From Chloroflexota bacterium (GTDB lineage Bacteria > Chloroflexota > Limnocylindria > Limnocylindrales > CSP1-4): DNA of 64,000 bases. The stretch is taken from NCBI GenBank assembly GCA_004297395.1, contig SCUO01000047.1:56575-120574 (forward strand). Reading direction: 5' to 3'. Of the stretch, positions 55,504-64,000 are shown piece after piece. The notes beneath the pieces were generated by a model. The model was given only the letters and a program-made list of their open reading frames with translations. It made no database searches and had not been told where the DNA came from. The number at the start of each line of letters is the position of its first letter. Position 1 is the first letter of the stretch. The position numbers and the translations under genes are program-made.

Positions 55504-56277
55504 TCAGCCCGGGACGGCGACCTCGAGCTCCAGGCCATCGGCGAGGTCCGCCACCAGGTCGGAGACATCGATGCCCGGCGGGGTCGTGCCGTCGCCGACG
55601 AGGCCATCGAGCCCGGGGGTGCCGTCGCCGAAGAGGTCCAGGCCCAGCTGATCGCCGGCGAGCGTCCGCTGGAGGGCCAGGAAGCTCCGGCGATGGAAGG
55701 GAGTCAGGCCCTGGCGTCGAATCGCCTGGCGGTGCTCGAGCGTGGCGTAGCCCTGGTTCCGCTCCCAGCCGTAGCCCGGGTAGCGGTCGGCCAGTCGGGC
55801 CATCATCCGGTCCCGCACGACCTTGGCCACGACCGAGGCACAGGCGATCGTGTAGCACTTCGCGTCGCCGTCGACGATGGCGGTGTACGGCCCGACATGG
55901 GCCTCGAAGTTCGCGATCCGGTTGCCGTCGACCAGGACGTGGTCGCGCTCGCCGAGCCGGGCGATCGCCCGGCGCATCGCCAGGTGGGTGGCGTGGTAGA
56001 TGTTCAGCCGGTCGATCTCGGCGACCGACGCCGCCCCGACGCCCACGGCGACGGCCCGGGCCCGGATGACCGGCGCGAGCCGCTCGCGCTGCGCCGCCGA
56101 GAGGGTCTTGGAATCGCGGACGCCACGGATGCGATGGGAGTTCGGCCGGATGATCACGGCCGCGGCCACGACCGCCCCGCAGGTGGGGGCCACCCCGACC
56201 TCGTCGACGCCAACGACCCGGGTCGCGCCGGAGCGCCAGAGGGGCCGTTCGAAGCGGAGTGTGGGAGCCTGCGGCAC
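55504..56277 (-). CDS. rnhB: Ribonuclease HII
   Basis: VGVDEVG (DE catalytic), DSK, HATHLAMRRA; Gly/Asp-rich C-terminal tail. Confidence 0.85.
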   Translation of the reverse strand: MPQAPTLRFERPLWRSGATRVVGVDEVGVAPTCGAVVAAAVIIRPNSHRIRGVRDSKTLSAAQRERLAPVIRARAVAVGVGAASVAEIDRLNIYHATHLAMRRAIARLGERDHVLVDGNRIANFEAHVGPYTAIVDGDAKCYTIACASVVAKVVRDRMMARLADRYPGYGWERNQGYATLEHRQAIRRQGLTPFHRRSFLALQRTLAGDQLGLDLFGDGTPGLDGLVGDGTTPPGIDVSDLVADLADGLELEVAVPG

Positions 56278-56385
56278 GGGCCCTAGCCTACCGTTCGGGC
56301 GAGGAGGCTGCCCGCCGCTCGGCAGTGGGACCGGGACGTGGCCGGCGAATCCGGACGACCACCCCGCCGGGCAGTCGCGAGGCTG

Positions 56386-56419
56386 GGAGAATCGAGCGAC
56401 CCCGCCGCCTGGCGGGGTC
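56386..56419 (-). terminator. Stem-loop (9-bp perfect GC stem GACCCCGCC/GGCGGGGTC, 4-nt loop) downstream of rplS; candidate terminator with poor U-tract
   Basis: Seen at 56398-56419; 38 nt downstream of rplS stop. Confidence 0.35.
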
Positions 56420-56456
56420 GGGTCTGGGCGGGCGGAGCCGTCGCGGCGCTGCCGTG

Positions 56457-56807
56457 CTAGCTGTTCGTGCGCCGCTCGCGCAGCGTGGCGGACTTGCCGA
56501 CCCGCTTGCGCAGGAAGTACAGCTGGGCGCGACGGGCCTGCCCGTGCCGCACGACCTCGATCTTCTCGATGCGCGGGCTGTTGATCTTGAACGTCCGCTC
56601 CACGCCGACGCCGCTGGCGATCTTGCGGACGGTGATCGAGCGGGTGATGCCGCCGCCGCGGAGCCGCATGATCACGCCCTCGAACACCTGGACCCGCTCT
56701 TTGTTGCCCTCGATGACGCGGGCGGAGACGCGGACGGTGTCGCCGGTGGCGAGTTCCGGCAGGTCGGTGCGGAGCTGATCGGCGACGATCTCGTCGAGCA
56801 CGTTCAC
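56457..56807 (-). CDS. rplS: 50S ribosomal protein L19
   Basis: GDTVRVSARVIEGNKERVQVFEGVIMRLRGGGITRSITVRKIASGVGVERTF. Confidence 0.9.
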   Translation of the reverse strand: MNVLDEIVADQLRTDLPELATGDTVRVSARVIEGNKERVQVFEGVIMRLRGGGITRSITVRKIASGVGVERTFKINSPRIEKIEVVRHGQARRAQLYFLRKRVGKSATLRERRTNS

Positions 56808-56890
56808 GGTGGCGGTTCCCTGGTCGTGGAGGCAGCCCGAGGCCGCGGGTGGATCAGTGGATCGGGGTGGCCGCGCGCGGCCGAGGGCGG

Positions 56891-56896
56891 AGTATA
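56891..56896 (-). promoter_or_regulatory. TATACT -10-like element for rplS (with CTGATC 16 nt upstream as possible -35)
   Basis: Plus AGTATA 56891-56896, in trmD-rplS gap. Confidence 0.35.
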
Positions 56897-56914
56897 GCAG
56901 AGGTCCCCGGGCGA

Positions 56915-57652
56915 TCAGGCCTCGGGCTCCTCGAGCGCCTCGCCCTGGATGGCCTCGAGGATCCGGCGCTCCTCCAGGCCGGCGGGACGGCCGTCGAGCA
57001 GATCGGGACGTCGCTCGAGGGTTCGGCGGAGGGAGGCCTCGAGCCGCCAGCGCCGGACCGCCTCGTGGTGGCCGCTGACGAGGACATCCGGCACGCCCTG
57101 GCCGCGGAACTCGGCCGGACGGGTGTACTGCGGGTACTCGAGCAGCCCGTCGGCGAACGACTCCTCGGCCGTCGAGGCGGCATCGATGGCGCCCGGCAGG
57201 AGCCTGATCACGGCATCGACGACGACGAGGGCTGGCAGCTCGCCGCCGGTCAGGACGTAGTCGCCGATCGAGAGCTCGACGTCGACCAGCCCGCGGATCC
57301 GGTCATCGACGCCCTCATAGCGGGGGCAGACGAGGATGAGGTGGTCGCGCCGGGCCAGCTCTGCCGCCCGGGCCTGGCGGAAGACCTCGCCGGCCGGATC
57401 GAGGAGGATGGCGGTTGAGCCCGGGCCTCGCAGCGCATCCAGGGCGGCGGCCACCGGCTCGGGCCGCATGACCATCCCCGCTCCCCCGCCGTAGGGCGTG
57501 TCGTCGACGCTCCGATGCCGCCCGAGGCCCCAGTTGCGGAGGTCGTGGACACGGATGTCGGCGATCCCCTGCTCGCGGATCCGGCCCGGGATGCTGGCCG
57601 AGAGCGGTCCTTCGAGCATCGCCGGGAACAGCGTCAGGAGATCGATCCGCAC
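56915..57652 (-). CDS. trmD: tRNA (guanine37-N1)-methyltransferase
   Basis: [15 protein letters not shown] knot [28 protein letters not shown]. Confidence 0.9.
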   Translation of the reverse strand: MRIDLLTLFPAMLEGPLSASIPGRIREQGIADIRVHDLRNWGLGRHRSVDDTPYGGGAGMVMRPEPVAAALDALRGPGSTAILLDPAGEVFRQARAAELARRDHLILVCPRYEGVDDRIRGLVDVELSIGDYVLTGGELPALVVVDAVIRLLPGAIDAASTAEESFADGLLEYPQYTRPAEFRGQGVPDVLVSGHHEAVRRWRLEASLRRTLERRPDLLDGRPAGLEERRILEAIQGEALEEPEA

Positions 57653-57653
57653 G

Positions 57654-58328
57654 TCAGCCGTCCTCGGCCGGCCCTGCGGTCGCGTCGCCCCCGGGCGCCG
57701 ACCCGGGACCGCCCTTGCCGTGACGGGACCAGCGCGGGCGCTTCCGCGGCGGCCGGGCAGCGGGCGTGTCGACGGCCGGCGACCCGAGGTCCAGGACAGC
57801 CTCGTCGACGACGATCTCGTGCCGCTCGGGGGCGAAGGTCCGGACGATGCCCTTCACGATCGGCAGGTCGAACTCGCCGACCGAGCCCCCGCGGACGACG
57901 ACAACCTCGGCCGCACCGGCCCGGTAGACGTCGACGACCGTGCCGAGGGCCGTGCCGTCGAGGCCGCGGACCTCGCTGCCGACGACCTCGTGCCAGTACG
58001 CGGCCCCCGGCTCGAGGTCCAGCGTGCGGTCCACGGCCGCCTCCAGCCAGGCGTCGCGAAGCCGCTCCGCCGCCGTCCTGGAGGCGATCTCCCGGAACTG
58101 GAGCCGCCAGCCCGGGCCGTCCTCGACAGGCCCGGAGGCGACGATCGTGAGCGGCGTGACGGAGCCCTCGCGGTGGAGGACCCGGCCCGGTGCGAAGCGA
58201 TCCTCGGGCCGGTCCGTCAGGACCTCGACCCGGACCACGCCCCGAAGGCCGTGGAGGCTCCGGACCCGGCCGACGACCAGTCGCGTGAGCGAAACGGGCC
58301 CGGCTCCCGAATCGGGCGTGGCGTCCAA
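57654..58328 (-). CDS. rimM: Ribosome maturation factor RimM with basic/Gly-rich C-terminal tail
   Basis: [23 protein letters not shown] barrel; true start may be a GTG a few codons in. Confidence 0.8.
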   Translation of the reverse strand: MDATPDSGAGPVSLTRLVVGRVRSLHGLRGVVRVEVLTDRPEDRFAPGRVLHREGSVTPLTIVASGPVEDGPGWRLQFREIASRTAAERLRDAWLEAAVDRTLDLEPGAAYWHEVVGSEVRGLDGTALGTVVDVYRAGAAEVVVVRGGSVGEFDLPIVKGIVRTFAPERHEIVVDEAVLDLGSPAVDTPAARPPRKRPRWSRHGKGGPGSAPGGDATAGPAEDG

Positions 58329-58390
58329 GCCGGACTCGGCGCTCGCAGCGGGCCAAGCGCCTGCGGCGTCCGGGTCGGGGGCGGGGTCGC

Positions 58391-58624
58391 TCAGAGGATC
58401 TCGAGCGTCACCGACCCGCCCTCACGGGCGGCGGTGACCTTGAGGAGCGTCCGGAGCGCCTTGGCGACGCTGCCGTTCCGCCCGATGACCTTGCCCATGT
58501 CGTCCTCGGCGACGTGGAGCTCGATGACGGTCCCCTCGGCGTCCTCGACCTCGGTCACGGTGACCGAATCGGGGTCGTCGACGAGCGACCGGGCGACGTA
58601 TTCGACCAGTTCCCTGGCTGCCAT
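58391..58624 (-). CDS. KH-domain RNA-binding protein (UPF0109/YlqC-like)
   Basis: 77 aa, ...GKVIGRNGSVAKALRTLL...; conserved between rpsP and rimM. Confidence 0.75.
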   Translation of the reverse strand: MAARELVEYVARSLVDDPDSVTVTEVEDAEGTVIELHVAEDDMGKVIGRNGSVAKALRTLLKVTAAREGGSVTLEIL

Positions 58625-58635
58625 CTCTGCGGCTC

Positions 58636-58890
58636 CTACTTGGCGGCGGGCAGGACGCCCGACGCCCGCAGGAGGCGGGCGACGGTATCCGAGGGCTGGG
58701 CGCCCTTGGCGATCCAGGCCTTGGCCTTCTCGGCATCAACGACGAACTCGACCGGCTCGGTCCGCGGGTTGTAATGCCCGATCGTCTCGATCGAGCGGCT
58801 GTCGCGGGCGCTCCGCGAGTCGGTGACGACGACGCGGTAGGCCGGCTGCTTCTTGGCGCCGATGCGCGTCAACCGGATACGAACGGCCAT
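58636..58890 (-). CDS. rpsP: 30S ribosomal protein S16
   Basis: [42 protein letters not shown]. Confidence 0.9.
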   Translation of the reverse strand: MAVRIRLTRIGAKKQPAYRVVVTDSRSARDSRSIETIGHYNPRTEPVEFVVDAEKAKAWIAKGAQPSDTVARLLRASGVLPAAK

Positions 58891-58939
58891 GCTGTACGGG
58901 TTCCTCCAGATCAGTCGGGCCTTGGGCCGGCCCGGTGGC

Positions 58940-60754
58940 TCACTTGACGGTGATGACGATCCTCGAGTGGCCGGCCGTTTTCGACGTGATCGAGGTCATG
59001 CCGGCACCGGCCAGGTGATCGAGGTAGGGCTTGAGCTCCGTCGTCCACAGCTCCAGCTCGGTCGACGGCAGGAACCGCTCGGCCAGGGCCAGCGAGGCGT
59101 CGAGGGCGACGAACAGCTGCACGTCGTTCTTCGCGCCCGCGACCTCGATGACCCGATCGTAGGTCCCCGAGGTGGCGAGCGACGTGCCCGCCTCGACATC
59201 GAGGATCCGCTCGACGAGGCCACCGCCCCCGCCGATGATCACCAGGTCGCCGCGGACGGCGAAGGCAAGCTCGACCCGGCCGAGATCGGCGCCCGGCACG
59301 CCCATCGAGCCGAGGAGTGACGAGACGTCACCGAGGTCGACGGTCGTGACGGTCACCCCGCCGTGATCGCTGTCGCGGACGGTGATGTCCGTGCCGGTCG
59401 AGCCGAGGACGAGCAGGTTCCGGATCTGGCCGAGGCGCGCGGCCGCGACCTCGGCGTCGGTGCCGCGGATCAGGATCACCGCGCCGAGGGCATCGTCGGT
59501 GGGCAGCACCGCGATGCCGAGATCCTCCATCCAGCCGGTGAGGTTGGCGGTCCCGCCGAGCATGCCCAGCGCATCCTCGAGGCCGCCGAGCGCTTCGAGC
59601 ATCGAGGGCTCGCTGCGGAGGACACCGAGGGTCTGCTCGATCGAGGCGCCCAGGCCGTGCAGCTCGAGATAGCCGAGCGTATCGGCCGGGAGGGCGCTGG
59701 CGAAGCGGCTCTCCGCGGCCGGCGCGGAGGTCGGCGCATCGGACGGCAGGGTCGACCGGTCTACCGGCTGGTAGGTATCGAAGATGAGGGCGTCGTCGAT
59801 GACCCGGATGCCGCCGATCGTCCAGAACCCCTCGGGAATCCGGGGCATCTCGACGCCGAGCGGACCGCTTGCGTCAACGAGGGCATCGTAGAGGGGGTCC
59901 ATGTCGAGGTAGACCGACGCGACCTGGTCGCCCTCGAGCTTCGAGCGAGCCTCACGGTAGGTCTTGTTGGTGTCGACGCCCTCGGCGTCCAGGCGGGCAT
60001 CGATGGCGTCGCGGATCGAGGCGAGCGCGCCGACGAGGAGGTGCCGCTCGTGGAGCGCGCAGCCGACGTCACCGGCGATCAGCACGATCTCGACCTCGCG
60101 ATGCTCGTCGGCGTCATCGGTCGAGCCGAAGATCGAGGCACAGGTCGCGGACCCGTCGGTCGTGGCGACGAAGAGGAACCCGTCCGCGCCGCCCCCGGCC
60201 ATCATCCCGGTCAGGGCATCCGCGGTCACCGAAACGGCCATCGGCCCGGCCAGCAGGGGCTTGACCCGGGTCGCGTAGTCGATCTGGCCGCCCGTCGACT
60301 CGCTCGTGATCCGTTCGAGGAGCTCGTCGATCTTGGCGTCGAGGGTCGACTGGTCCTCGAAGCCCGGGAAGTGGGCGAGCAGGTTGCCGAGGTGCTGGCG
60401 CTGATCGCCCGGCAGCTCGGGCCGCAGCTCGACGACGACGGCGCTGTCTGCCGGCAGGTACTTGAGGACGTCCGGCAACGGGCTCGCCGCCAGGAACGAC
60501 GCGGCCAGGGCGATGGCCGCGATGGCCGCCACGGCCAGGCCGCCGCCGATGAGCCAGCGGCCGCGGCTGGCGCCGGGGGCAGTCCCCGCCGGCGTTGCCG
60601 CGATCGGCTCCAGAACGGCCGCCGGACCGTCCGCCGCCAGAGTCTCCGGCTCCGGCCCGCCCAGCACGGGATCAGTCGGGGCGGGGACGGTCGAATCGGG
60701 TCCGGACCATGCCTGGGGCGCGCTGCCTTGGGTCTCGTCGGGTCGGGCTTCCAC
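58940..60754 (-). CDS. DUF3352 family membrane-anchored protein
   Basis: N-terminal cytoplasmic Pro-rich region, [26 protein letters not shown], large extracytoplasmic domain. Confidence 0.6.
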   Translation of the reverse strand: MEARPDETQGSAPQAWSGPDSTVPAPTDPVLGGPEPETLAADGPAAVLEPIAATPAGTAPGASRGRWLIGGGLAVAAIAAIALAASFLAASPLPDVLKYLPADSAVVVELRPELPGDQRQHLGNLLAHFPGFEDQSTLDAKIDELLERITSESTGGQIDYATRVKPLLAGPMAVSVTADALTGMMAGGGADGFLFVATTDGSATCASIFGSTDDADEHREVEIVLIAGDVGCALHERHLLVGALASIRDAIDARLDAEGVDTNKTYREARSKLEGDQVASVYLDMDPLYDALVDASGPLGVEMPRIPEGFWTIGGIRVIDDALIFDTYQPVDRSTLPSDAPTSAPAAESRFASALPADTLGYLELHGLGASIEQTLGVLRSEPSMLEALGGLEDALGMLGGTANLTGWMEDLGIAVLPTDDALGAVILIRGTDAEVAAARLGQIRNLLVLGSTGTDITVRDSDHGGVTVTTVDLGDVSSLLGSMGVPGADLGRVELAFAVRGDLVIIGGGGGLVERILDVEAGTSLATSGTYDRVIEVAGAKNDVQLFVALDASLALAERFLPSTELELWTTELKPYLDHLAGAGMTSITSKTAGHSRIVITVK

Positions 60755-60770
60755 GGTCAGGTCCTCTCCG

Positions 60771-62102
60771 CTACCGGCGTCCCGGGAAGGCGCCGGCGAG
60801 GCCCTTCCCGCGCATGCCCGACAGCTGCTTCATGACGCGCTGCATCTCGCCGAACTGCTTGACCAGGCGGTTGACGTCGGTCAGCTGGGTGCCGGAGCCG
60901 GCGGCGATCCGGCGCCGTCGGGACGCATTGAGGACGTTCGGGTCGCGCCGCTCACGCGGCGTCATCGAGCGGATGATCGCCTCGGTCCGCCGCATCTCGC
61001 CGCGGTCGACGGCGGCCTGGGCCTCCTTGGCCATGCCACCGAGCCCCGGGATCATCGACACCAGGTTGCCGATCGGGCCCATCTTCTGGACCTGCTGGAG
61101 CTGCTCGAGCATGTCCTCGAGGGTGAACTCGGCCTTCCGGAGCTTGGCCTCGAGCTTGGCCGCCTGGTCTACGTCGACGACCTCCTGGGCCCGCTCGACC
61201 AGGGTCATGACGTCGCCCATGCCGAGGATCCGGCCGGCCAGCCGGTCGGGATGGAAGACCTCCAGGGCATCGCTCTTCTCGCCCGTGCCGAGGAACTTCA
61301 CCGGGATGCCGCTGACGGATGCGATCGAGAGCGCGGCGCCGCCGCGGGCATCGCCATCGATCTTGGTCAGCACGAGTCCGGTGACGGGCACCGCGGCCGC
61401 GAACGCCTGGGCCACGCCCACGGCCTCCTGGCCGGTCATGGCATCGACGACGAGGAGCGTCTCGATCGGCTGGACGGCGGCGTTGACCGCGCCGATCTCG
61501 GCCATCAGGGCCTCGTCGATCGAGAGCCGGCCGGCGGTATCGAGGATGACGGTGTCGCGGACGAGTCGCCGGGCGGCCTCGACGCCGCCCCGGGCGATGT
61601 CGACGACGGGGGTGCCGGCCGGGGCCCGGTGGACCGGGATGTCGAGGGCCCGCCCGAGGGTCTCGAGCTGGTCGGCCGCCGCAGGCCGGTATGGATCAGC
61701 GGCCACGAGGAGCGGGCGGCGGCCCCCCTTCACGATGTGGCGGGCCAGCTTCGCGGCCGAGGTCGTCTTGCCCGAGCCCTGGAGGCCGACCAGGCTGATC
61801 ACCGCCGGGTTGCCGTGGAGGTGGAACGTCCGGTCACCGACCCCGAGCAGGGCGACGAGCTCGTCGTGGACGATCTTCACGACCTGCTGGCCGGCGGTCA
61901 GGCTGCCGAGGATCTCCGCTCCAACCGCCCGCTCGCGGACGCGGGCCACGAACTCCTTGACGACCTTGAAGTTGACGTCGGCCTCGAGGAGGGACAGTCG
62001 GATCTCGCGCAGCGCGGTATCGACGTCCGCCTCGCTGATCCGGCCCCGGCCGGTGAGCGTGGCGAGCGTCCGGCGCAACCGGTCGCTGAGGGCGTCGAAC
62101 AC
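60771..62102 (-). CDS. ffh: Signal recognition particle protein Ffh
   Basis: NG domain GLQGSGKTT, DTAGR, M-domain; GTG 62102 (VFDALSDRL = canonical MFDxLSxRL) preceded by perfect AGGAGG 12 nt upstream; upstream 46 codons of ORF rejected. Confidence 0.9.
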   Translation of the reverse strand: MFDALSDRLRRTLATLTGRGRISEADVDTALREIRLSLLEADVNFKVVKEFVARVRERAVGAEILGSLTAGQQVVKIVHDELVALLGVGDRTFHLHGNPAVISLVGLQGSGKTTSAAKLARHIVKGGRRPLLVAADPYRPAAADQLETLGRALDIPVHRAPAGTPVVDIARGGVEAARRLVRDTVILDTAGRLSIDEALMAEIGAVNAAVQPIETLLVVDAMTGQEAVGVAQAFAAAVPVTGLVLTKIDGDARGGAALSIASVSGIPVKFLGTGEKSDALEVFHPDRLAGRILGMGDVMTLVERAQEVVDVDQAAKLEAKLRKAEFTLEDMLEQLQQVQKMGPIGNLVSMIPGLGGMAKEAQAAVDRGEMRRTEAIIRSMTPRERRDPNVLNASRRRRIAAGSGTQLTDVNRLVKQFGEMQRVMKQLSGMRGKGLAGAFPGRR

Positions 62103-62193
62103 GACTCGAGAAGGCCTCCTGCTGGCTGGAGCCCGGCGCGCCGCGGTGAGCGGGCCGGGTGGTGCGCGGGTTCTGGCGACACCGGGTGGCGCG

Positions 62194-62199
62194 AGTGTA
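62194..62199 (-). promoter_or_regulatory. TACACT -10-like element upstream of ffh
   Basis: Plus AGTGTA 62194-62199; minus TACACTCGCGCC; about 90 nt upstream of ffh GTG. Confidence 0.3.
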
Positions 62200-62278
62200 G
62201 CGCATCGATCGGGCGCGACCGGGGGCGAGGTCCGGGCCAAGGGCTGGGCGAGGCGAGGCCCGGTGCCGGGCGCGCGCC

Positions 62279-63214
62279 TCAGGCGCCCGGCGGCGCGAGG
62301 ATCTCGAATGCCAGCTCTGCCGTGGCCTCGCCGTCCCTGATGATGAGCGCGTAGGTTCCCGGGCCCGGCGCCGGGACCTCGAAGCGGGATTCGAGGCCGG
62401 GCGCGCTGGCCCCTGCGGCGATGACCATGACGGACTGGCTGTGCCCATCCCTGCGGGGCTCGACGAGCGTCCCGTCGGGCAGCCGGAGGGAGACGTTCGC
62501 GGCAGTGAACGGGAAGCCACCGCTGAAGTCGGCCGTGTATCGCGCGTCGTAGGTGAGGGTCATGGCCAGGATCCCGGCGGCGAGCTGCTGTCGCCAGTCC
62601 GGGAGGTCGGCCCGCAGCTCCACGCGCTGGAGGGCGATCGCCAGGCTGCCAGCCTGGCCGGTCACGCCGAGGTCGACGTAGCGAGGCGCCAGGGTCACCG
62701 CGGCCTTGGCGGCGCCGACGAGCGGGACGATCGCCTGGTGCTCCTCGGCCCGGCCCACCCGGATCGCGGCCGCGGCGACGTCGAAGGCGGCGTCGACGTC
62801 GAAGACCAGGGTCACGGTCTCATGGGTGTGGCCCGGCACCAGGGGCAGGACGCTGTCACGGGTCGGCTCGACCGCCACGTCCCCGGCGACGAGCGCGATC
62901 GGCCCGTCCATCGACGCCTCGTCGTCGCCGGGATTGCCGAGGAGCAGGGTGACGGCCACCGGCCCGCCCTTGGCGTCGATCGACGCCGTGGCCGTCTGGA
63001 AGGTGAGGACGAAGCCGCCGTACCAGATCGTCCGGTCGAGGCGGTAGTCCGTCACGATCGGCGTGGGCTCTGGAGCGACCGACGCGGTCGCATCGGGGAC
63101 CGGCGTCGGCGCGTCGGTGAGGCAGCCGCCGAGGACCAGCGGGAGAACGGGTCCGAGGACGAGCGCGATCGCCGTGGCGAGGCGTCGCGGCCGGCGACGA
63201 CGCGCTTCCCTCAC
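62279..63214 (-). CDS. Lipoprotein, hypothetical (lipobox LGGC)
   Basis: MREARRRRPRRLATAIALVLGPVLPLVLGGC signal/lipobox; 4-nt overlap with ftsY stop. Confidence 0.6.
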   Translation of the reverse strand: MREARRRRPRRLATAIALVLGPVLPLVLGGCLTDAPTPVPDATASVAPEPTPIVTDYRLDRTIWYGGFVLTFQTATASIDAKGGPVAVTLLLGNPGDDEASMDGPIALVAGDVAVEPTRDSVLPLVPGHTHETVTLVFDVDAAFDVAAAAIRVGRAEEHQAIVPLVGAAKAAVTLAPRYVDLGVTGQAGSLAIALQRVELRADLPDWRQQLAAGILAMTLTYDARYTADFSGGFPFTAANVSLRLPDGTLVEPRRDGHSQSVMVIAAGASAPGLESRFEVPAPGPGTYALIIRDGEATAELAFEILAPPGA

Positions 63215-64000
63215 CCGCGAGCCGTACCGAACAGCGCGGCCACGAAGGCCGTGGGATCGAACGGCAGCAGGTCGTCGATGCCCTCGCCCACCCCGACGAA
63301 CCGGACCGGGACCCGGAGCTGGTCCTCGATCGCGAAAACGATGCCGCCCCGGGCGGTCGAATCGAGCTTCGTCAGGACGATCCCCGTCAGGCCGACGGCG
63401 GCGTGGAAGGCGACCGCCTGGGCCAGCCCGTTCTGGCCGGTCGTGGCATCGAGGACGAAGAGCGTTTCCGGGCTGGCGCCGGGCAGCCGGCGATCGATGA
63501 CCCGGCGGACCTTGGCCAGCTCGTCCATGAGGTTCGACTTCGTGTGGAGACGGCCGGCGGTGTCGGCGATGACGACGTCCGCGCCCCGGGCGATGGCGGC
63601 ATCGAGCGCGTCGTAGACCACGGCCCCGGGATCCGCACCCGGCGCATGGGCGACCACCTCGACCCGGGAACGCTCCGCCCAGATCCGGAGCTGATCGATG
63701 GCGGCGGCCCGGAAGGTGTCGGCCGCGGCCAGCAGGACGCGCCGGCCGGCCCTTGATTCGCGGTGGGCCAGCTTGCCGATCGTCGTCGTTTTGCCCGTCC
63801 CGTTGACCCCGACGACGAGGATGACAGTCGGGTGGCCAGCGACCGCGGGACGCAAGTCCCAGTCAGGATCGCGCGGCGCGAGCAGGGCGGCCAGCTCGGC
63901 CCGGACCGCGCCCTCGGCGGATGGCGCGTCGCGCCGGCTGCGGGCGCGTTCCACGATCCGGCCGGCGAGCGAGGCCCCGACGTCGCCGCCGATGAGGACC
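63211..64000 (-). CDS. ftsY: Signal recognition particle receptor FtsY (C-terminal NG domain; gene continues past window end)
   Basis: GVNGTGKTT, DTAGR, TKLD motifs; no start within window for full-length protein. Confidence 0.85.
   Translation of the reverse strand, partial: VLIGGDVGASLAGRIVERARSRRDAPSAEGAVRAELAALLAPRDPDWDLRPAVAGHPTVILVVGVNGTGKTTTIGKLAHRESRAGRRVLLAAADTFRAAAIDQLRIWAERSRVEVVAHAPGADPGAVVYDALDAAIARGADVVIADTAGRLHTKSNLMDELAKVRRVIDRRLPGASPETLFVLDATTGQNGLAQAVAFHAAVGLTGIVLTKLDSTARGGIVFAIEDQLRVPVRFVGVGEGIDDLLPFDPTAFVAALFGTARG

Noticed and set aside
62103-62240. Upstream 46 codons of ffh ORF (GTG 62240)
   Set aside because: Pro/Arg/Ala-rich with no SRP54 N-domain similarity. GTG 62102 gives the canonical MFDxLSxRL N-terminus and has a perfect AGGAGG SD.

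Overview
High-GC (about 70% or more) bacterial chromosome segment, almost certainly from a Terrabacteria lineage. It is Actinomycetota-like in gene order (nusA-ylxR-infB-rbfA-nrnA-truB-ribF-rpsO-pnp; rpsB-tsf-pyrH-frr-uppS-cdsA-dxr-rseP-ispG; ftsY-ffh-rpsP-rimM-trmD-rplS). The short EF-Ts (199 aa) and short IF-2 (634 aa) also fit Thermus- or Chloroflexota-like genomes, so I leave the lineage open.

The first ~23 kb is an accessory-type mix. It holds a PPK2 gene, an ECF sigma factor with its anti-sigma factor, an ArsR/AHSA1 pair, a glyoxalase, an F420-type nitroreductase, a TPR-adenylate cyclase, a BNR propeller with a MoaD-like protein, an amidase, an FAD oxidase, an MtrAB-LpqB-like two-component module, a GNAT, and a multi-pass (at least 7 TM) membrane protein with a SUKH-type protein.

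Positions 23.3-35.7 kb form one tightly packed minus-strand block. In order it reads RNase J, FtsK, RodZ-like HTH protein, CinA, Mur ligase, SnoaL-like protein, YajQ, a small ORF, then a TPP enzyme; UDG-asd sit just upstream.

Positions 36-64 kb are the core RNA-metabolism and translation operons, all on the minus strand.

No rRNA, tRNA, CRISPR array or mobile element was detected. Many long ORFs in the six-frame track are antisense or out-of-frame artefacts of the GC bias and were rejected.

The most striking feature is the housekeeping PNPase gene. It is about 150 aa longer than usual because a complete DnaQ-like (DEDDh) 3'-5' exonuclease domain is embedded between its first RNase PH domain and the alpha-helical domain.

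Other points of note:
- An intrinsic terminator sits in the 48-nt space immediately upstream of nusA, and rimP is missing.
- A recurring TAYACT -10-like signature lies upstream of asd, nusA, rplS, rpsB and ffh.
- NusA carries a histone-like Ala/Lys tail.
- The RibF kinase domain looks degenerate.
- A second Mur ligase is coupled to cinA.
- Several non-AUG start codons overlap the preceding stop codon.
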